DNA of 64,000 bases from Mobula hypostoma (GCF_963921235.1 NC_086115.1:48918001-48982000), one strand, 5' to 3'; counted from the stretch's first letter, positions 12,246-23,026 are shown. The notes: generated by a model not told the origin, from the sequence alone. Numbers and translations are program-made.

Positions 12246-13127
12246 ATGTCTAAGAACGGGAAAGACGGCAAGGATGGTAAACCTCCGGTTAAACCGAAAG
12301 CTACGGATCTCCCTCCGACTGAATCACCGGTGACTTTGGAAGCTATATCGGAGTTAATTCAGAGGGAAATTTCAACCTCTGTTAGGGAGATGATTCGTAC
12401 AGAAATTATGGGCTCTGTTAAAGACCTGATTCATATGGAAATCTCAACTAAGTTCCAGAAAATTGCCGATTTAATTGATAAGATGCAAACATGTATTGCG
12501 GAACATCAGTCGGCTATATCTGGTCTTCAAAAATCCGCGCAACAAAGTGAGCTTAAGATGGGGAAAGTCGAAGAAACAATTAATGTAATGAAGAAGAAAC
12601 TTGACTTTTTGACTTTTAAAAACTCTGACTTGGAATCTAGAATGCGACGGCAGAATTTACGAATGATTGGCGTCAGGGAAGCCGTGGAAGCTAACAACCC
12701 TATGAAATATTTCTCCCAACTTTTAAAAGATGCATTCCCTACTGTATTTCCTGACCAACCACCGCTACTGGATCGTGTTCACAGAATCCCATCATACTCG
12801 TCTAGGTCAGATAGACCTAGGCATGTTATCTTACGTTTTCATTACTTTCAAGACAAGGAGAGACTGTTTCGATTCGCTCGATCTAAAGGTTTCATTGATT
12901 TTTCGGATCTTAAGTTCCGATTCGTGGAAGATTTCAGTAAACCAATCTGGGACCAACGGGTCCGTTACAGATCCGTGATGTCGGAATTCTATAAGATGGA
13001 TTTAAGACCAGCGCTGCTGTACCCTGCACGTCTAAGGATTCGCATGTTAGATGGAGCTCTTCGTTTTTTTGATTCTCCATCGGATGCCCAGAGTTATCTG
13101 GATCAACTTTCATCTTCAACATCTTAA
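12246..13127 (+). CDS. L1 ORF1p (coiled coil plus Transposase_22-type RRM/CTD)
   Basis: Motifs LESRMRRQNLRMIG, LDRVHR, PRHVILRFH, ALLYPARLRI. An in-frame ATG at 12228 is an alternative start. Confidence 0.92.
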   Translation: MSKNGKDGKDGKPPVKPKATDLPPTESPVTLEAISELIQREISTSVREMIRTEIMGSVKDLIHMEISTKFQKIADLIDKMQTCIAEHQSAISGLQKSAQQSELKMGKVEETINVMKKKLDFLTFKNSDLESRMRRQNLRMIGVREAVEANNPMKYFSQLLKDAFPTVFPDQPPLLDRVHRIPSYSSRSDRPRHVILRFHYFQDKERLFRFARSKGFIDFSDLKFRFVEDFSKPIWDQRVRYRSVMSEFYKMDLRPALLYPARLRIRMLDGALRFFDSPSDAQSYLDQLSSSTS

Positions 13128-13848
13128 TTGCCTTTTTTTAATTTTCTCCGTTGATCGGAGGCTGTGAATTGGTTGGTTTTAACTTTTCTGTGCCCTATTT
13201 GGGCAGAAAAGTTTACTTTTGATTTCTTAATATGGCTGCTAAACTTTCTTTTTAACTGCGTCATTTCTTTCTTTTCCCAGGGGATTCTGGGTGGTTACTT
13301 CCCTTTTGTCATCTTACGTATTTCCTGTGCGGCCTTAAATTTTGTAGTTTTTTTTAAATTTTATTCTGTTTTGCTTTTTATAATCATTTTATGTTAATAA
13401 TCCTATTTTTTTTGTTGCTGTGTCTATTCATGAGTTTGAGGTTTATTGTGGTTTTTTTTTAATATATACTTTCCGGCTTTTGTTCTGTTCTGTGTGTATT
13501 TTAATTGAGCTAACTTTTTTTTACTTATTTTTTTTACTGTTTTACAATTAGCCGATCCTTTTCATATTTATACCTTTTTTTTAGGGAGCGTATACCGGAA
13601 GTCATGGGGGTAGTTTTAGCGCTTGCTTCTTTCTGGCGGGTCTGCTTTAGATTTCGCCTTGGGGTCCTGGGGTGGGGGGCGGTGGGAGGGGCTTCACGTT
13701 TTAGTTTGTTTCTCTTTGGGCTATATACATTATTGAAGTATTGGTTACGTCCTTTTCCCCGGTATCTTTTGTATGTTCTGTTTCCTCTCCGGGTCTGTGG
13801 GTCGCGCCTATTGTCAATCCTCCTTGTTATGGGTTGACTTTAGGATTT

Positions 13849-16800
13849 ATGGAGTCTATTATTAATTTTGTCTCCTGGAATACTAATGGTCTTAATCATC
13901 CTGTTAAAAGGAAAAAAGTTTTTAAAGTGTTCCGGAGACTTAAAGCACAAATTTTATTTTTACAAGAGACCCATGTACGGAGGGGGGACAGACTACGTTT
14001 TTTCAAATTTTGGAAGGGACAACAATTTCATTCGAACTCCAATGCTAAGATTCGAGGCGTCTCTATTTTTATAGACTCCTCAGTTACTTTTATACAACAG
14101 GATATTATCTCTGATCCGAATGGTAGATTTTTATTGGTTAGTGGTTTATTATTTAATAAAAAAGTAGTTTTGGTTAATGTTTATGCTCCTAATATGGATT
14201 GTCCGGAATTTTATAAATCATTGTTTGATCAGTTTCCGAATTTGAACGAGTTTTCATTGATTTGGGGCGGAGATCTTAATACCTGTTTATCTCCAGCTTT
14301 GGACCGTTCGGCTCCTTTACGGACTTTACCTAATAAATCTGCAAATTTGATTAATTTTTTCCTTTCTGATTCTGGGTCGACGGACATTTGGCGTTTTTTG
14401 CATCCTCAGGAAAAAGATTTTTCCTTCTTTTCACATGTTCATCATTCCTATTCAAGAATTGATTATTTTTTCATTGATTCTCGTCTCATTCCTTCAGTGA
14501 TTAAATGTGATTATGATTCTATAACCATTTCGGATCATGCTCCACTTAAGCTTTCTATTAAAATTATGGCCAATATACCAAACAATAGACAATGGCATTT
14601 TAATTCGCTGTTGCTTCAGGACTCGGACTTTGTTAATTTTATGAATGAACAGATTGAGCTTTTTTTTACAATTAACCATACAGAAGATATTTCGGTTAAC
14701 ACTCTTTGGGACACTTTTAAAGCCTATATTCGGGGTCAGATTATTTCGTATTCCGTTGCTTTGAGGAAGAAACAGAAGCAGGAGGAGATGGTAATTGTGG
14801 ACAAGATTAAAGAAATTGATAAGAAATATGTTATGGCTCCTTCTGAGGAGCTATACAAACAAAGAACTGAACTTCAAATGGAACACAGTTTACTACTCTC
14901 GTCCTCGATTGTAAACCAATTAAAGAAAACAAGAAGTGATTTTTATGTTCACAGTGATAAAATTGGCAAGCTGCTGGCTAATCAATTGAAATCTAATTAT
15001 GTTAAATCTCAAATCAATCAGATTTATAACCAAAATGATCGATTGATATTGGATCATGTGGGGATTAATCAAACCTTTTGTGATTTTTATTCTTCTTTAT
15101 ACCAATCAGAGTCTCCTCGAGATTCTAAATATATGAATGATTTTTTAGATAAGTTAGACTTCCCTCTGATTTCACAGGATATGTCTTCTTTATTAGATAC
15201 TTCCATTACAATGGATGAGATTAAGAATGTTATTTTTTCTATGAATCTGGGGAAAGCTCCTGGCCCTGATGGGTTTACCGTTGAATTTTATAAATGTTTT
15301 GCTTCTTTATTGATTCCTTGGCTCTATAAGGTTTTTGAGGCTTCTTTGAAACTTGGTAAACTTCCGGAATCTTTTAATAGAGCATCAATTTCTTTAATAC
15401 TAAAGAAGGATAAAGACCCTGCTCAATGTGCATCTTATAGACCAATATCTTTATTAAATGTTGATTCTAAAGTTTTTTCTAAGTTATTAGCAAATAGACT
15501 AGAAAAAGTACTTCCTTCTATTATTTCGGAAGACCAAACGGGTTTTATTAAAGGTCGTTACTCTTTTTATAATATTCGTACATTGTTAAATATCGTTTAT
15601 ACTCCCTCACAAAATGTTCCTGAGTGTGTTATTTCTTTAGATGCCGAGAAAGCTTTTGATAGAGTAGAATGGCCTTATTTATTTAAGGTGCTTGAAATGT
15701 TTAATTTTAGCTTGAAATTTATATCCTGGATTAAACTGTTATATTACTCCCCTGTAGCCTCGGTTCGTACTAACTCCTTAAACTCACCTTTTTTTCCTCT
15801 CTTTCGTGGTACTCGACAAGGCTGTCCTCTTAGTCCCCTATTATTTGATATTGCATTAGAACCTCTTGCAATTGCTATTCGAGAATCTTTAAATATTACT
15901 GGGATAACTCGGGGATTAAAGTCCCATAAATTATCACTCTATGCTGATGATTTACTTTTATATATTTCTAATCCTGAGAGATCCATTCCTGCTGTTTTAG
16001 AGTTATTAGCACAATTTGGTCTTTTCTCAGGTTATAAATTAAATCTTAGTAAGAGTGAACTTTTTCCGATTAATAAACATCTTCCCTTATATTATAAATT
16101 TCCATTTAAATTGATTAATAATTACTTTTCATATCTTGGGATTAAAATTACTTGTAAACATAAAGATTTATTTAAGACTAACTTTTTACCATTAATAGAC
16201 CATATTACTCAACTTTCATCTAAATGGTTTCCCTTATATTTAACTTTGATTGGTCGTATTAATGCAGTTAAGATGTTTTTTTTGCCAAAATTTTTATATG
16301 TGTTTCAGGCATTACCAATTTTCGTTCCTAAATCTTTTTTTGATAAAGTTGACTCTAAAATTTCTTCATTTATTTGGCAGAACAAGAATCCGAGACTGGG
16401 TAAAATACATTTACAGAAAGCTAAGAGAGATGGAGGTTTAGCATTACCTAACTTTAGATTTTATTATTGGGCTATTAATATTCGACATATGAAATTTTGG
16501 TTACTTGACCGGGACATACTATTTATTCCTAAATGGGTAGCATTGGAATTACAATCTGTTCAGGGTTATACACTTGGTTCTATTTTAGGTTCCTCTCTTC
16601 CTTTTGATTCGAAACGTCTTAAGCAGGTCTCTAACCCGATAGTTAAATATGCTTTGCGCATTTGGTTTCAATTCAGAAAATTTTTTGATCTTAATCAATT
16701 CGGGTTAGCGATTCCTATTTTAGGTAACATATTTTTTCCTCCCTCTTTTACGGATCGCGCTTTTCAAACTTGGAAGACTAAGGGTATTTTACGGTTTTTG

Positions 16801-17625
16801 GATTTATTTTTAGATGGTTCCCTTATGTCTTTTGAACAATTATCTAATAAATATAACTTATCAAGAATACATTTTTTTAGATATTTACAAGTTAGAAATT
16901 TCCTAAGTACTATACTTACTTCCTTTCCAATGCTTCCTCCTATATATATTTTAGATTCGATAATTAACCTTAATCCATGTCAGAAAGGTGCATCGGCTAT
17001 GATTTATAATATTATTATGAAACTTAGGAAAGCTCCATTTGATAAGATTAGGGTAGATTGGGAACAGGAATTGGGGCTTACCATTTCTGTGGATGATTGG
17101 GGGCAGATTTTACAATTAGTTAATACTTCCTCTATTTGTGCTAAACATTCCCTAATTCAATTTAAAGTGGTTCATAGAGCACATATGTCCAAAGATAAGT
17201 TAGCGCGTTTTTACTCGCATATTAATCCTTTCTGTGATAGATGTTCGGGGCAGATAGCCTCTTTAACTCATATGTTTTGGTCTTGCCCTACTTTGGAAAC
17301 TTTTTGGAGAGATATTTTCAATATTATTTCTAAGGTATTAAATATAGATATCTCTCCTCACCCTATTACTGCTATCTTTGGACTACCTAAAATTTCTAGT
17401 AATCTTTCCCCTTCAGCCCGTAGAATGATTGCATTTCTTACTTTAATGGCGAAAAGATGTATTTTACAACATTGGAAAGAGCTTAATGCTCCAACTACCT
17501 TTTTTTGGTTTTCTCAGACGATTTTATGTTTGAATCTGGAGAAAATTAGAAGTAACCTTTATGATTCTTCATTTAAATTTGAACAGATTTGGGGACCTTT
17601 TATTCGATATTTTCATTTAATGTAA
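13849..17625 (+). CDS. L1 ORF2p (APE endonuclease, reverse transcriptase, CCHC finger), 1258 aa
   Basis: Endonuclease motifs SWNTNGL, LQETH, GGDLN, SRIDY, SDH; RT motifs GTRQGCPLSP and YADD; finger CDRC-x8-H-x4-C. No stops or frameshifts. Confidence 0.97.
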   Translation: MESIINFVSWNTNGLNHPVKRKKVFKVFRRLKAQILFLQETHVRRGDRLRFFKFWKGQQFHSNSNAKIRGVSIFIDSSVTFIQQDIISDPNGRFLLVSGLLFNKKVVLVNVYAPNMDCPEFYKSLFDQFPNLNEFSLIWGGDLNTCLSPALDRSAPLRTLPNKSANLINFFLSDSGSTDIWRFLHPQEKDFSFFSHVHHSYSRIDYFFIDSRLIPSVIKCDYDSITISDHAPLKLSIKIMANIPNNRQWHFNSLLLQDSDFVNFMNEQIELFFTINHTEDISVNTLWDTFKAYIRGQIISYSVALRKKQKQEEMVIVDKIKEIDKKYVMAPSEELYKQRTELQMEHSLLLSSSIVNQLKKTRSDFYVHSDKIGKLLANQLKSNYVKSQINQIYNQNDRLILDHVGINQTFCDFYSSLYQSESPRDSKYMNDFLDKLDFPLISQDMSSLLDTSITMDEIKNVIFSMNLGKAPGPDGFTVEFYKCFASLLIPWLYKVFEASLKLGKLPESFNRASISLILKKDKDPAQCASYRPISLLNVDSKVFSKLLANRLEKVLPSIISEDQTGFIKGRYSFYNIRTLLNIVYTPSQNVPECVISLDAEKAFDRVEWPYLFKVLEMFNFSLKFISWIKLLYYSPVASVRTNSLNSPFFPLFRGTRQGCPLSPLLFDIALEPLAIAIRESLNITGITRGLKSHKLSLYADDLLLYISNPERSIPAVLELLAQFGLFSGYKLNLSKSELFPINKHLPLYYKFPFKLINNYFSYLGIKITCKHKDLFKTNFLPLIDHITQLSSKWFPLYLTLIGRINAVKMFFLPKFLYVFQALPIFVPKSFFDKVDSKISSFIWQNKNPRLGKIHLQKAKRDGGLALPNFRFYYWAINIRHMKFWLLDRDILFIPKWVALELQSVQGYTLGSILGSSLPFDSKRLKQVSNPIVKYALRIWFQFRKFFDLNQFGLAIPILGNIFFPPSFTDRAFQTWKTKGILRFLDLFLDGSLMSFEQLSNKYNLSRIHFFRYLQVRNFLSTILTSFPMLPPIYILDSIINLNPCQKGASAMIYNIIMKLRKAPFDKIRVDWEQELGLTISVDDWGQILQLVNTSSICAKHSLIQFKVVHRAHMSKDKLARFYSHINPFCDRCSGQIASLTHMFWSCPTLETFWRDIFNIISKVLNIDISPHPITAIFGLPKISSNLSPSARRMIAFLTLMAKRCILQHWKELNAPTTFFWFSQTILCLNLEKIRSNLYDSSFKFEQIWGPFIRYFHLM

Positions 17626-17991
17626 TATTTACCCTTCTTGTTTTTTCTTCACTGTTTTAATGGAGGTCGGGATTGAGGACGTGATTTTAAGTTTAACTCT
17701 GTTTGGTTTCAAGTTAGCCCATTGCTTTGCTTTGCTTTTAGTTAGTTGCACGGTGGGTTTTTTTTTGGGGTTTTTTTTTTTCTTTTTTTTCCATTGATAT
17801 ATATAAAATCTAGTATACTATTATGTTATCTTGGTTTCTTATGCTTAAATTACATTGTTTGTAGTATTTTCTTTTTGGTATTGTTATCTTTTGGAATTTT
17901 ATTATACTTTAACATTGTATTAATGTTTATATGGCTTACCTTTTTTGTATACTTACTCAATAAAAAGATTTAAAACAAAGTCTGCAGATTG

Positions 17992-18225
17992 CTGGAAGTC
18001 CAGGAACTCAGCAAATCAGCAGCATCTATGGAAATTAACAAATAGTCGATGTTTCGAGCTGAGACCCTTCTTCAGGAGAGGGGGAGAGATTTTTTTTATA
18101 TACTGGAATGAGAAATCTATATTCATCCCACCAGGTTGGAGGCTACCCAGACAGAATATAAGGTGTTGTTCCTCCACCTTGAGTGTGGCATCATCATGGC
18201 ACAAGAGGAGGCCATTTACCAACAA
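17992..18225 (-). mobile_element. Penelope-like element 3' end (GIY-YIG C-terminus plus pseudo-LTR), interrupted by the L1
   Basis: KVEEQHLIFCLGSLQPGGMNIDFS followed by a hammerhead-like core at 18044-18076. Confidence 0.85.
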
Positions 18226-18779
18226 GTTGGACTTGTTATATTTTTACATATTTTGCATTTTTATTGAATTCTTTCATGTTTGAAGCAAATTTCATGTTGT
18301 GTTTATAAATTGGCATATTGATTCACGATGTTGATACCTTCACTATCAGCACTTGGTTTAATAGGAAAGAGAAATGATTGTACAAATGGACTAGGGAGTC
18401 TTTGATATTGTAATATGAGAGGCTTGCTTTAGTATTTGCTGCAGAAGACTGCACTTTAAAAACAACTGTATACCCACCATTTCCTTTCTATGTACATATT
18501 TTTGTGAAGATTCATGAACAATCTGTGTGGCTTGAAATCTTTAAAGTAAGGGAGCGGATGTGAGGGTAAAGGATAGAGATTCTGTTCAGATTCATTGACT
18601 GCAGCGGCTTCCTGCTGCAGTGAGACCATATATCAGCTATTGATCAAACCTTCAAGCTCATGACACTTGGGCTGAAGTGTGAAACAAATATTGCAATGTT
18701 CTGGTGAAATTAGCAAACAAGTGACAGAAACATGGTCGAATTCTTTCAATTCTGAGGCTCTGCCTTCTGGGCCTAGACT

Positions 18780-20510
18780 ACCTGACTATAGAAAACATCG
18801 ACATCTTCTCCACATTCACTCTATCCAGACCTTTCAATATTTGATAGATTTCAATGAGGTTTCCCCCTTCGCTTCCACCCCTCGCCATTCTTCTAAACTC
18901 CAGTGAGTATAGGCCCATAGTCATCAACACAACTTGTATGTTGATCCTTTCATTCCTGGGATCATTCTTGTGAACTTTGTCTGAATGCTCTTCAATGCCA
19001 GCACATCCTGTCTTAGATAAGGGGCCCAAAACTGCTCACAATACTTCAAGTGCAGCCGTATAAATCCTCAGCATTACATCCTTTCTTTTTCATTCTAGTC
19101 TTCTTGAAATGAATGCTAACATTGCATTTGCCTTCCTTACCACCAACCTAAACCGGCAAATTAACTTTTAGGGAATTCTTCACAGGGACTCCCAAGTCCT
19201 CTGCATATCTAATTTTTGAATTTTCTCTAAATTTACAGAATAGTCCACATCTTTATTCCTTTCGTCAAAGTGCATGACCGTGCACTTCTCTACATTATAT
19301 TCCATCTGTCACTTCTTTGCCCATTCCCTCAACCGGTCTGTCCTGCAGCCTCCCTGATTTCTCAACACTACTTGCTCTTCCACCTGTCTTGGTATCGTCT
19401 GCAAACTTGTCCACAAATCCATCAATTCCTTCATCCAAATCATTGACATATAAAGTTAAAGTCCCAGCACAGACCCCCACAGCACACTACTAGTCACCAG
19501 TCACCAGTAGCCAACCGGAAAAGGCCTCCTTTATTCCAACTCTTTGCCTCGTGCCAGTCAGCCAATATTCTATCCATCCAAGTACTTCTGCCGTGATACC
19601 ATGGGCCCTTAGTTTGTTAAGCACCCTCGTGTGCAATACCTTTTCAAAGACCTTCTTAAAATTTAAATAAACAACATCCACTGACTCCTTTATATATTCT
19701 GCCTGTTATTTCCTCAAAGAATTCCAGCAGATTTCCCCTTTTAGATGTGCCTCCAAGTACCCCAAAACCTCATCCTTAATAATAAATTTCAACACTTCAG
19801 TCAGGTTAACTGGCCTATAATTGTCTTTCTTCTGCCTCTCTCTGTTCTTGAAGAGTAAAGTGGCATTTGTAAATTTCCAGTTCTCAGGAACCATTTCAGA
19901 ATCTGGTGATTCTTGAACGATCACTACTAATGCGTCCATGATCCCTTAAGCTCACTCATAACCCTGGGGTGTAGGCCATCTGACTTATCTACCTTTAGAC
20001 GTTTCAGCTTCCCAAGTACCTTCTCCTTAGTAATAGCAACAACACTCACTTCTGCCCCCTGACACTCTCGCATTTCTGGCATTCCAGTGAAGACTGACAC
20101 AAAATTCTTAAGTTTCTCCCCCATTTTTTGTACCCCATTGCTACCTCTGCAGTATCATTTTCCAGCAGTCCAATATCCACTCTTGTCTCTCTTTCACTGC
20201 TTGTATATCTGGGGAAAAAAAACTTATTATATCCTCTTTTATATTTTTGGCTAACTTACCTTCATATTTCATCTCTTCTTTATGGCTTTTTTAGTATCTC
20301 TCTGGTTTTTAAAAGCTTCCCAATCCTCTACCTTCCTACTTTAGAATACCTTTTCATCTTTGGAATGTATCTTCTTGCAGTTTCTGAATTTACCCCAGAA
20401 ACACCAGCCGTTGCTGTTCTGCCGTCATCCCTGCTAGTGTCCCCTTTCAATCAACTTTAGCCAGCTCCTCACCCATGCTGCTGTAATTTCCTTACTCTGT
20501 TGTAACACTC
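18780..20510 (-). mobile_element. Decayed CR1 LINE
   Basis: KFADDTK, DVVYLNF and GLYSLEFRRM fragments. Confidence 0.88.
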
Positions 20511-20989
20511 CAATGTGACATATGGAGGTAAGTAATGAATTGAAGCACTCTGTACCTCTGTCACAGGTCCTGAGTAAAGTGCTGATGGTGGAAGATAATT
20601 CTTGAATCACCAGTTTTAACCAACTCTACTGGTGACTTTTAGAGAGGTATTAAAAGTTGAATTTCTTTTGTGACTCATCCAGACTATTGATCAATGCCAA
20701 ATAATAGGAAGTGAATGGTGCTATGTGATTCCCAAACTGATGCCTTTACCCGGTTACACTCCAAAAAAGACACTGTTTGCAGTTGAATTTGATTCTCTGG
20801 ATGGTATATGAAGTGTTGACTAGAGGAATTGCAAAGACTGCCAACTGGAGAATCTTAGTGAACATTTCAACAGCTATATCCAGAGGCATATGCTGCATAT
20901 AGAATATCAAACTTTGCTTGATTGTATCTGTCCTTCAGGCATTATTCATTTTTACTTTCATGTCATTGCTTTGTTCCATCAAATCCTAG

Positions 20990-21089
20990 GTTTACAATCC
21001 AAGAATCAGAGCTGAATCTTTAGTGATGCGACCCATCAGCAAAATTCAGGCGAAGATGCGTACACAAATCATTGACACTGCTAGACTGG
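20990..21089 (+). CDS. DHX32: DHX32 coding exon
   Basis: cctag|GTT TAC AAT CCA AGA ATC AGA GCT GAA ... CTG G|gtaaag. Encodes VYNPRIRAESLVMRPISK; phases match neighbouring exons. Confidence 0.92.
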
Positions 21090-21105
21090 GTAAAGACTGA
21101 TTTTA

Positions 21106-22202
21106 TCTATCTATATACTACTAAAACTCTCATGCTCTGTCTGTCTGTCTGTTTGTTTGTGACCTCCAATTAGCGCAAACGCTGCATTACAGCGGCACTT
21201 TTTTTGGCTAAATCGAATTAAAATGCGCTAATTTACAGAATGCAGGTAAAGTTCAGGGTTATATATTCGTATAAAATTTCTCATTCACTAAAAATCAACA
21301 GGCTGGCTTTCACCCAAGACCCGATCGGCCATCATTGAAATCGGGACGCAACAGCCCAACACATGCGCACGGCCAGCCTCAGCAGCGACACCTACCGGAG
21401 CGAAAGGACAAGGCAGCTCTATTTCGAGGGGTCGCATTCTGCTAATCACCATCAGTATGTGCAGGATTGGGACAGATCTAACTGCCACCCATCAATAATT
21501 AAATCTTATTGTAACGACATACTTTGAGACACCCATAAAACCCTTCGCTGCAGTCAAAGGACAGCGGTGACAATATCACATCCATTTAGGAGAGCGCCAA
21601 GCACATCATCAAGAATAATCAGCATCCTTTGGTGTTAGTGCTTCATATCTTCTATCCAGCGTTAGGGTAAAAAAAAAATGGTCAGCCTAATTATGCCGCT
21701 TGGAAAGGAAGGGGGACATTATGATCAAAAGATGACGCCAAACGTCATCCGGAAGCAGCAAGGGGAGGGAGAGAACAAGAATTGGATGAGGCCAGGGCTG
21801 CACGACTCCAGGATCAAAGAGTCAGGACAAAAAAAATGAGAGAAGAAGAGACAGAGGAGGAGAGGCATGCACGTCTCCAGGATCAGAGACAAGGAACAAA
21901 CAGCCAAAGAGATGAAGAGACGGGGTATGAAAGGACTGCACGTCTCCAGAATGACAACGAGAGGCACAAGGGTGGCAGATAAACTAGAAATGATGCCATC
22001 AAAAGTGTCCTTCATTAAATGAGCAGCAGCTATATTTGCTTTGCTACGCGTCATTCTTCTTTAATAAACAGGTTTTCTACTTCAGTTTCCAAAGCAAAAT
22101 GATACCAGTAGCTTTCAGGAAAATTTAATGTTCATTCTGGTCACATCAGACTGCACTATCCTTCTCTCAAAGGGTGCCCCAACGGGTCACCCCATTGTCT
22201 AG
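21106..22202 (+). mobile_element. Non-autonomous Helitron (~1.1 kb)
   Basis: 5' TC after host A; (CTGT)n near the 5' end; 3' hairpin gggtgcccc-aac-gggtcaccc then CTAG before host T; no TSD. Confidence 0.85.
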
Positions 22203-22867
22203 TTTGATATAAACTTTACTTTGAACACAGCTTACTACCCTAAATGGCATCTTTTGAACTCTCTGAGAGACAGATATGCTGTACTGGAGCACAATTAGAC
22301 TATTTGGCCCATTGAGTCTGCTCTGCCATTCAATCATGGCTGATTTATTTTCCCTCTCAACCACATTCTCCTATATTCTTCCCATAACCTTTGACCATCT
22401 TATTAATTAAGAACCTTTCACACTATGCTTTAAATGTACCCAGCAACTTGGCAATAAACCCACAGAGTCAGCACCCTTGTCGAGTCACCAAAACTTGCTG
22501 TATTTCTCTTCCTCCTCTACCTGGCCCAATCTGCCTGCTATCCTTCACTGTTTCTCAGTCCATCAGTCACCTTTGGCCTCTACATCACCACTCCCTCTCT
22601 CCTCTTTATACTGACTATCCCCTCCTTTCTACTCTTAAACCTGATACAGGGGGTTTGATCTGAAATACTGACAATTCCTCCCCCACCCAGATTGTCCCAT
22701 TGTGTTCCTGCATTAGATTATACTGGCATCCGCAGTCTTTTATATCTTGTGTTGACATATTTTCCTTATGGTATGATGCAAATATTGCTATTAGCTATGT
22801 TTTCTTGTAATTGATGTACAACTATGAGTGCACAACTTAATTAATCTGAACTAATTGCTTTATTCAG

Positions 22868-23026
22868 GCAAATGTTTCCGCTTATACTCTGAGGAGTTTC
22901 TAAAGAAAGAAATGCCTGACTTCTCACCGGCTTGTGTGCTAGAATCAAACCTTACTCGCATGGTTTTATTCCTAAAGAGAATGGATATAGCAGACATGGG
23001 CCAATGTGACTTCATTGAGAGGCCAG
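22868..23026 (+). CDS. DHX32: DHX32 coding exon
   Basis: ttcag|GC AAA TGT TTC CGC ... CCA G|gtaat. Encodes GKCFRLYSEE...ESNLTRMVLFLKRMDI. Confidence 0.93.

Larger units (their letters stand above)
12074..17974 (+). mobile_element. Full-length, apparently intact L1-clade LINE (~5.9 kb)
   Basis: 17-bp TSD acaaagtctgcagattg (12057-12073 and 17975-17991). 5' end GACTTCCGG; two open ORFs; AATAAA at 17959. Confidence 0.96.

Noticed and set aside
13741-13848. N-terminal extension of L1 ORF2 in the ORF track (1294 aa)
   Set aside because: It starts at TTG. The first ATG (13849, MESIINFVSWN) fits the usual endonuclease start.
22640-22670. Degenerate hammerhead-like cores (also ~34700, 50530, 57280, 58175, 61060)
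   Set aside because: Core nucleotides are mutated or deleted (for example GAAA to AAAA), so they are not called as ribozymes.
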